From Ruminococcus albus 7 = DSM 20455 (lineage in GTDB: Bacteria; Bacillota; Clostridia; Oscillospirales; Ruminococcaceae): DNA of 32,000 bases. Both the position numbers and the translations under genes were made by a program. Position 1 is the stretch's first letter. The number at the start of each line of letters is the position of its first letter. Below the pieces are notes generated by a model, which had not been told where the DNA came from, did not search any database, and worked only from the letters and a program-made list of their open reading frames with translations. Shown piece after piece: positions 26,172 through 32,000 of this stretch. The DNA lies in contig NC_014833.1 in the NCBI RefSeq assembly GCF_000179635.2, positions 2,580,001 through 2,612,000 on the forward strand, given 5' to 3'.

Positions 26172-27682
26172 ATGTCCGAACCAAATATGACATCGGAAAT
26201 TGTATCGCTCCGTAATGAAAACGCTGTTCTCAAGGAAGAACTAGCACTTGCCAATCAGCAGTTAGCGTGGTTCAGAAAGCAGATATTCGGAAGAAAACAG
26301 AGCAGACATCTGTTGTTATGGAAAAGGAGTTCGGTGTTCAGCTTTCCATGTTCGGAAACAATGAAGAAAATCCGCAGCTAAATCTGCCGAAACAATTACT
26401 GTTCCCGAACACAAGCGCAAGAAAAAACGCACTCACGATGAATGGATGAACAATCTGCCTGTAAAAGAAGAACATCACAAAATTGACAACCCGGTATGCG
26501 AAATATGCGGCGCCGAAATGGAAGAACTGACTCCCGAAAAGGCTTACGATGAACTTATATTTACGCCGCCAAAATATCATATCCGCAGGCATATAGTACA
26601 TAAGTACAAGTGTCCCGAGTGCGGAGAAAAGCCCGAAGAAAGGGACGAACCTTGTCATATCATCCGTGCGCCATATCCTCACGCTATGATCCCGGGAAGC
26701 TATTGCTCTCCCGAACTTCTGGCTCATATCATCTACGAAAAATATGCAAAGTCAGTACCTCTGCACCGTCAGGAAAAGGACTTTAATTCCAAAAACATAC
26801 CTCTGCTCAAAGCGACTATGTCTAATTGGGTAGGCACTGCTGCCGAAAAATGGTGTTTGCCGATTGTGGAGAAAATGCATGAGACGCTTATCGCAGGGCA
26901 GATGATCCATGCCGATGAAACGACCGTTCAGGTGCTTCACGAGGAAGGCCGAAAGCCTACCACGACATCAAGAATGTGGGTCTACTGCAACGGCAAAATG
27001 AATGACAGGAGCATCATCATTTTCGATTATCAGCCGACACGAAAGGGTGAGCACGCCTCGAATTTCCTGAAAGGATTTATCGGCTATCTTATCTGTGACG
27101 GATACGATGCCTACAATGCAGTCGAGGGTGCTAAGCGATGCGGCTGTATGACTCATGCAAGGCGTGGTTTTATTCAGGCTCTTCCGAACGACCAAAAGCT
27201 GCACAGCACTTCTGTTGCGGCAAAGGCAGTAGAATATTTCAACAAGATATATCACGAAGAAAAATCTGCTTGCCGACAGCTCCACAGAATACAGATATAA
27301 ACAGCGCCTTGTGAAGGTAAAGCCTTTGCTTGACGAGTTTTTTGCGTGGCTTGAAAATGTTCAGGTCAGTGGTAAGGGCAAGCTGACAGATGCAGTAAGA
27401 TATGCGTTGAATGAACGGAAATATCTTTACACGTTTCTTGAAAACGGAGACGTGCCTATCGACAACAACAGAGCCGAAAACGCAATAAGACCGTTTGCGT
27501 TAGGCCGAAAAAATTGGCTGTTTTCAAATACAGCAAACGGAGCCAGATCAAGTGCAACGCTGTATTCGATCATTTCAACTGCACAGGCGAACGGTGTTGA
27601 TGCTGAGAAATACCTGACCGAGCTGTTTTCACAGCCTGCGGGAACGATATTATTACCATGGAGGGAAGAAAATGAAACTTAG
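26172..27682 (+). pseudogene. tnpC: IS66 DDE transposase TnpC, interrupted by at least three frameshifts
   Basis: Leucine-zipper N-terminus, Zn-finger CEICG...CPECG, HADETTVQVL and the C-terminal NRAENAIRPFALGRKNWLF are spread over four frames/ORFs (26172-, 26267-, 26446-27300, 27311-27682). Confidence 0.85.
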
Positions 27683-28211
27683 TAATGAAGATGCAAAGCT
27701 GTTTTATGAACTGTTTTTTCCACTGCTTGACTATGTGAACAGAGAATATCATATACTTCCTGAGGAAGATTATTTCGGGCAAGGAATGATCGACCCACAG
27801 GATGCTGCGGAGGTTGCCCACTTTTTATGGGAACGGACATGGATCATTGATGATTATCTTGAGCGATCGGATCTGCCCGAATAACACATGGAGATACTTA
27901 AAAGCTGGAAAGGGTGCATCACCGGCAGATTTATCATTGAGCGACATTGGAAAAAGGGATCGGTATTTATATCGATCGATGACAATTCTGTTTTTCTTGT
28001 AAACGGCATTGTCAGCAGTTGGGAGGAAATGCTGAGAAATGCACCGATGCCAACTTTGCTTGATGCAGCGCTTCTGCCATTTAAAAATGCGATCATTTCC
28101 GATGGCCTTGTATCTGTTATGCCGATCATATTCGGTCCGAACAGCAAAGCTGATTTCAAAGAAATATACATGGACGCAAAGAGAAATGGAGAAATCAAAG
28201 CCAGAATATGA
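27672..28211 (+). pseudogene. IS66 passenger ORF of unknown function with an in-frame TAA at 27885-27887
   Basis: The 27672-27884 and 27888-28211 ORFs are in the same frame, separated by a single stop. Both lie inside the IRs, downstream of tnpC. Confidence 0.45.
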
Positions 28212-28216
28212 TGTTA

Positions 28217-28250
28217 CAGCCGGGTGTTATCTGCCCGGCTGTTTGCTTTT
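28217..28250 (+). terminator. rho-independent terminator inside the IS66 right end
   Basis: Stem CAGCCGGG (28217-28224) / CCCGGCTG (28234-28241) followed by TTTGCTTTT. Confidence 0.55.
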
Positions 28251-28275
28251 ATGATGCGGGGGGTTATACGCTTAC

Positions 28276-28283
28276 ATTCAAAA
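28276..28283. repeat. IS66 target-site duplication, right copy (ATTCAAAA)
   Basis: Identical to 25264-25271. Confidence 0.85.
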
Positions 28284-28320
28284 TGAAATAATATAAAAAC
28301 ACAGTGAAAAAATGACAAAA

Positions 28321-28353
28321 ATCGGGCAGCATATTTGCCACCCGATTTTTTTG
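28321..28353 (+). terminator. rho-independent terminator of the PHP-ATPase module, now separated from it by the IS
   Basis: Stem ATCGGG...CCCGAT (28321-28346) followed by T7. Confidence 0.55.
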
Positions 28354-28380
28354 ATTGATGTTTGATCGATTCGGCTGTCA

Positions 28381-28400
28381 AGTGTACGTTGTGAGCAGCC
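28381..28400. repeat. candidate right terminal inverted repeat / att arm
   Basis: AGTGTACGTTGTGAGCAGCC matches the reverse complement of 7278-7297 at 16 of 20 positions. Confidence 0.35.
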
Positions 28401-28614
28401 TGTATTGTGGTGTGCGCCAAAATAATATATTGGACTTGTGCGGAACGGATTTTGTGTGCGCCAATAGACTACGGGCTATTGGAACATACAATCATGTTAG
28501 TCCCAAGCCACTTTTATAAATTCTTCCCAAAGAACGGCAAAATACGCTCAAATGCCGATGTTACATAGGGTTCAAGGTCATATGGCTCGCTTCGGGAACA
28601 ACGAATATTTCTCC

Positions 28615-29469
28615 TTATACCTTCATTCCGTTCAGAGCCTTAACAAATTCAGGCGAATCATGGTCAACGATCTCGCTGTGACCAAGGTCAAGTTCTGCGA
28701 TCTTCTGCATATCCTCATCGGTAAGTGTGAAGTCCCAGATGTCGATATTCTGCTCCATACGCTCCACATGAACAGACTTCGGCAGAATGGAAACACCACG
28801 CTGCGTGTTCCATTTGAGGGCGATCTGTGCGGCGGTCTTTCCGTACTTACTGCCAATTTCCGAGAGAACAGGGTGAGAGAAGATGCCGTGCAGGTCTTCC
28901 ACGGTCAGCCTGTCTTTTTTCGCAAGAGTATCATAGACCGACACCGCACAGCGCATCGGTACATCCGCTACGAACTGCGCCGCACACTGCCAGTTTTTCA
29001 GCGCACGTTCGTCATAAACTCCGCACACGATGTCAATGTTCTTTCCCATGTTTTTGAGTATCTCCCTTGCGTTTTCGGGCGTATTCTCAAAAGGCACGAG
29101 TTGAAATTTGATGTCGGGAATCTCCTCTCTGATCTGCGTCCACATATCCACAATGGTCTGTCCGGGTGTCATGGTCGATGTACCGATACGAAGTACAGAC
29201 GGTTGTGTGTCATCGGCTTTCTTCGCACGCTCCACAGATTCACGGCAATAGGCGATGATATACCGTGCGTCCTCGTATACTGACTGTCCTGCCTTTGTAA
29301 GCTGTAATCCTCTGTGCGTGCGTGTAAACAGGCGAACGCCGAGACTGTCCTCCAAAAGATTGATCTGCTTGATGACCGCAGGCGGCGAGATGAACAGCGC
29401 TTCCGCCGCTTTATTGAAACTGCCGCTGTCAGCGACAACAATGAACGTGTCGAGTTGGTGGTTGTACAT
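28615..29469 (-). pseudogene. chimeric ORF: LysR-family regulator (N-terminal ~195 aa) fused in frame to the C-terminal ~90 aa of an aldo/keto reductase
   Basis: LysR HTH: FIVVADSGSFNKAAEALFISPPAVIKQINLLEDSLGVRLFTRTHRGLQLT. After ...VEDLHGIF the sequence becomes the AKR C-terminus: SHPVLSEIGSKYGKTAAQIALKWNTQRGVSILPKSVHVERMEQNIDIWDFTLTDEDMQKI. Confidence 0.65.
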
Positions 29470-29499
29470 GAGGTTTTCCTTTCTAAGATAAATCAGAAT

Positions 29500-30429
29500 T
29501 TAATGCTCTATGATTTTAAGGTCAATGCTATTATTTACCGATAAACGAACTCTTCCACCGATAGGAAAAGAGAACATCGGAAATACATGACCGAAATCTA
29601 CACCAAATACAATTGGAATGTCAGGAGATACTTTGTCCTTGACGATTGCTTTTACAATATCTTCGGTCATTTTGCAGCTTTCATCAAATCTGCCGAACAC
29701 GATTCCTCTTATCGTGTCTGCTCCGCTGATTTGAAGAAGCGATTGCAGATTACGGTCAAATTCGCACACGAAGTAATCGCCCATGATATTATCATCTTCA
29801 AGGAACAATACTCTATTTTCAATCTCAGGCATATAAGGCGTACCCTGTAATAGATTCAACGTACAAAGATTTCCTCCTATTATCTCGCCCTCACATTTTC
29901 CTTTCTGAATGACTGTATAACTTTGCGAAGCTACTGACGGTGTGACAGCGAAAGAAGCGTCACTCATTATACATTCCGAAAAGTATTTTTCCGTATATTC
30001 ACGCTCGTTAAGAAATCCGAGTGCCGCAAGGTGAGGTGCATGGTATGTCACCAAGCCCGTTTTTGCATAAACGGCATTAAGTAAAGCTGTTATATCCGAA
30101 TATCCGCAAAGTATCTTCGGATTTGCTCTTATCAGCTCATAATCAAGATACGGCAATATTTCATTTGCATTAAATCCACCGATACAAGCCATTACTGCCT
30201 TGACGTTTTTATCTGCAAATGCTTCATGTATATCATCGACACGAGAGCGAATAGACGAAGATAAAAACATATTAGTTTCTCTGCAATTTTTGGAAAAGGT
30301 TATATTGAAGCCCTTGTCCTTCAGAAAAGTGAATGCGCTGTCATAAATATCAGGACGAACTCTCGTCAAACTGCTTGACGGAGCGATAATGCGAATCTCA
30401 TCTTCTGGGTTCAATTTTTGGGGTATCAT
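29500..30429 (-). CDS. LD-carboxypeptidase (peptidase S66, LdcA/MccF-like)
   Basis: IRIIAPSSS N-terminus, ACIGGFNANE, GYSDITAL (nucleophile Ser context), GFDFGH-like GVDFGHVFP. Confidence 0.8.
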   Translation of the reverse strand: MIPQKLNPEDEIRIIAPSSSLTRVRPDIYDSAFTFLKDKGFNITFSKNCRETNMFLSSSIRSRVDDIHEAFADKNVKAVMACIGGFNANEILPYLDYELIRANPKILCGYSDITALLNAVYAKTGLVTYHAPHLAALGFLNEREYTEKYFSECIMSDASFAVTPSVASQSYTVIQKGKCEGEIIGGNLCTLNLLQGTPYMPEIENRVLFLEDDNIMGDYFVCEFDRNLQSLLQISGADTIRGIVFGRFDESCKMTEDIVKAIVKDKVSPDIPIVFGVDFGHVFPMFSFPIGGRVRLSVNNSIDLKIIEH

Positions 30430-30504
30430 TCTGCCACCGCCTTATTAAATTCCGATTTATACCAGTCCCTTCTGGCTCTATTTCTATTATATCACACCAA
30501 AACA

Positions 30505-30542
30505 GAAAAAACAAGCATAAACCCAAAGGTTCACACTTGCTT
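30505..30542 (-). terminator. imperfect hairpin plus T6, likely terminator of the NUDIX transcript
   Basis: Minus strand reads AAGCA..AACCtttgGGTT..TGCTT followed by TTTTTT. Confidence 0.35.
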
Positions 30543-30678
30543 TTTGCGGAGTTACCAGTTCTTTGTTTCCTTTTCGCTGCGATTATTCTTCTTGCGTTCC
30601 TCGACCATTTTCACGAACCACTCCACCATTGCAGGATAAATGCCATTGTCAAGCCTGTCACCTATCATCTCCGAATTA

Positions 30679-31137
30679 TCAAGAGTGTTTCTCCCATATT
30701 GCTTTAATCACTTCTTTATCATTCTCACACAAATTTTCCGGGAGTTCTCCTTTAGCAAAAAATTGAAGCCGTAGGACTTCCTCTTCCTGTCGCTTTAAAT
30801 TTCCCTCATATGACCTGCAAACAAAGTTAATGTCCAATGCATACACTTCATCTCCATTGGGATAGGTAAAGTGACATTTTTCGCCCGACTGCATATTGTA
30901 AAATTGCAAATCCTTTACACACAAGCCTGTTTCTTCCAAGCACTCACGTCTGGCAGCCTCTTCCGGTGTCTCCCCCAGTTCCATACTGCCTGCGGGTACA
31001 CACCATGTACCGTCATCTGTTCGCTGCTCCAACAAAACCCGGTCTTGCTCATCAAAGATAAACACTCCACATCCCACCATTTGAAGCGGTCTGTGACCAA
31101 CACCTTCTATTTTTCTAAGATCTAATATATAACCCAT
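30679..31137 (-). CDS. NUDIX hydrolase
   Basis: Nudix box GSMELGETPEEAARRECLEETGL (GX5EX7REUXEEXGU). Confidence 0.85.
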   Translation of the reverse strand: MGYILDLRKIEGVGHRPLQMVGCGVFIFDEQDRVLLEQRTDDGTWCVPAGSMELGETPEEAARRECLEETGLCVKDLQFYNMQSGEKCHFTYPNGDEVYALDINFVCRSYEGNLKRQEEEVLRLQFFAKGELPENLCENDKEVIKAIWEKHS

Positions 31138-31192
31138 TCTATTCTCTCCCTTAGATTAACATTGCTTTTTTTACAGTCATTCAGCTTTCATA

Positions 31193-31651
31193 TCAAACCC
31201 CATATATCTCATATTTATCAGCCGTTGTCGATCTCGGCACATAATCGCTCTTGCCAAGCACATTAGCCTTGTCAGTGATATACGCCCGAAGTATCTCCCT
31301 GCTCATATTCGTAATATCCTCACGCTCTACTGCTTCCTCGGCGGGCAAAAGCAGCACCTCGTTATTCTCATAGCCGTCCGACTTTGGTTCACCGCTTACA
31401 TACTCCAAAGTGAACACCACACACCACTGCTCGGGCTTGAACTGCACCGAGAATACGGCTTTGGTTTTTGCGCTCACGCCTGTTTCTTCCAGCACCTCAC
31501 GCTCGATCGCTTTTGAGGGCAGCTCGCCCTCCTGCACATAACCTCCCGGAACGAGTATCCTCCCCTCGGCAGTACCGTAGGTGTGGCGGACGAGCAGGAT
31601 TTTCCCGTTTATCTCGACTATGCCGCATACTGTGAAATACTTGTTATTCAT
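31193..31651 (-). CDS. NUDIX hydrolase
   Basis: Nudix box GGYVQEGELPSKAIEREVLEETGV. Start taken at ATG 31651 (MNNKYF...), 6 nt after GGAGA. Confidence 0.8.
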   Translation of the reverse strand: MNNKYFTVCGIVEINGKILLVRHTYGTAEGRILVPGGYVQEGELPSKAIEREVLEETGVSAKTKAVFSVQFKPEQWCVVFTLEYVSGEPKSDGYENNEVLLLPAEEAVEREDITNMSREILRAYITDKANVLGKSDYVPRSTTADKYEIYGV

Positions 31652-31664
31652 TGCAATTCTCCAA

Positions 31665-32000
31665 TTACTCAAGCAGCCTGCTTTTCATATCCGCAAGCTG
31701 TTCCTCACTTGGTTTGTTGTCATCTGAATACATCTTCTCCATAGGATACCACCATACCGGACCCCTGCCGTTGTTACCGTAGTTCTCAATATCTCCGTTT
31801 ACCCTCGGGAGCAGATGCCAGTGCAGGTGCGCATCACCCATACCAAGCAGCTCATAATTTATCTTCTCCGCACCGAATGCCCTTGACACCGCCTCGGCAA
31901 CGATAGTCATTTCTTCAAGGAACTTTGCCCGCTCTGTCGGGTCAAGGTGGAACAGCTCGGTCTTGTCTCCGTGGTGCTTGTAGAGGAACAGTGTGTAGCC
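31665..32000 (-). CDS. HIT-family protein; N-terminus lies beyond the window edge
   Basis: Histidine triad GDAHLHWHLLPR. The frame stays open from 31910 to 32000 (GYTLFLYKHHGDKTELFHLDPTERAKFLEEM...). Confidence 0.8.
   Translation of the reverse strand, partial: GYTLFLYKHHGDKTELFHLDPTERAKFLEEMTIVAEAVSRAFGAEKINYELLGMGDAHLHWHLLPRVNGDIENYGNNGRGPVWWYPMEKMYSDDNKPSEEQLADMKSRLLE

Larger units (their letters stand above)
25272..28275 (+). mobile_element. IS66-family insertion sequence (about 3.0 kb) with decayed tnpB/tnpC and an extra passenger ORF
   Basis: Left IR GTAAGCGTATAACCCCC (25272-25288) is the perfect inverse of GGGGGTTATACGCTTAC (25259-28275 side: 28259-28275). It has the three-ORF tnpA-tnpB-tnpC organisation and an 8-bp TSD. 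Confidence 0.9.

Noticed and set aside
28552-29283. 243-aa plus-strand ORF
   Set aside because: It is antisense to the LysR/AKR chimeric ORF, whose translation has clear family motifs. The plus-strand product is Arg/His-rich with no motifs.
30552-30668. 38-aa minus-strand ORF (MIGDRLDNGIYPAMVEWFVKMVEERKKNNRSEKETKNW) between the NUDIX gene and its terminator
   Set aside because: The only purine-rich element (GGAG) abuts the ATG with no spacer. It may be a gene fragment or a genuine micro-ORF, but this cannot be supported from sequence alone.

Overview
This window looks like a Clostridia-type (Firmicutes) chromosomal segment made mostly of accessory DNA. All calls come from reading the sequence and the ORF translations; no database or HMM search was possible. 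Layout, left to right: (1) 1-3250: a minus-strand array of small, unrelated genes. Each gene sits between copies of a conserved ~300-360 bp module that supplies a terminator, a 21-nt palindrome, a sigma70-like promoter and a 5' leader. (2) 3279-3612: a decayed small serine recombinase. (3) 3868-7203: a six-gene plus-strand operon encoding an NAD(P)H-binding protein, an Rrf2 regulator, a PNPOx-ferredoxin fusion, a macrodomain protein and a SirTM-like sirtuin. (4) about 7278-28400: a putative ~21 kb integrative mobilisable element. Its backbone is a TnpX/TndX-like large serine recombinase, a TnpW-like gene, an NB-ARC/TPR STAND NTPase, a MobC-relaxase pair and a ParM/ParR-like pair. (5) 15.1-28.35 kb, nested in that element: a visibly AT-rich cargo island carrying two defence-like modules. 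Module a is a translationally coupled operon of an XRE/C-protein plus three N6-methyltransferase-fold proteins, including a 1070-aa MmeI/PglX-like protein. Module b is a PHP-phosphoesterase fused to an SMC/ABC-type ATPase, plus a small overlapping gene. An IS66-family element with perfect IRs and an 8-bp TSD has inserted into the last codons of module b. (6) 28.6-32 kb: a LysR/aldo-keto-reductase chimeric ORF, an LD-carboxypeptidase, two NUDIX hydrolases and a partial HIT protein. No tRNA, rRNA or CRISPR array was seen. The best candidates for something new are the methyltransferase trio together with the PHP-ATPase module, the STAND NTPase, and the promoter-bearing cassette array.
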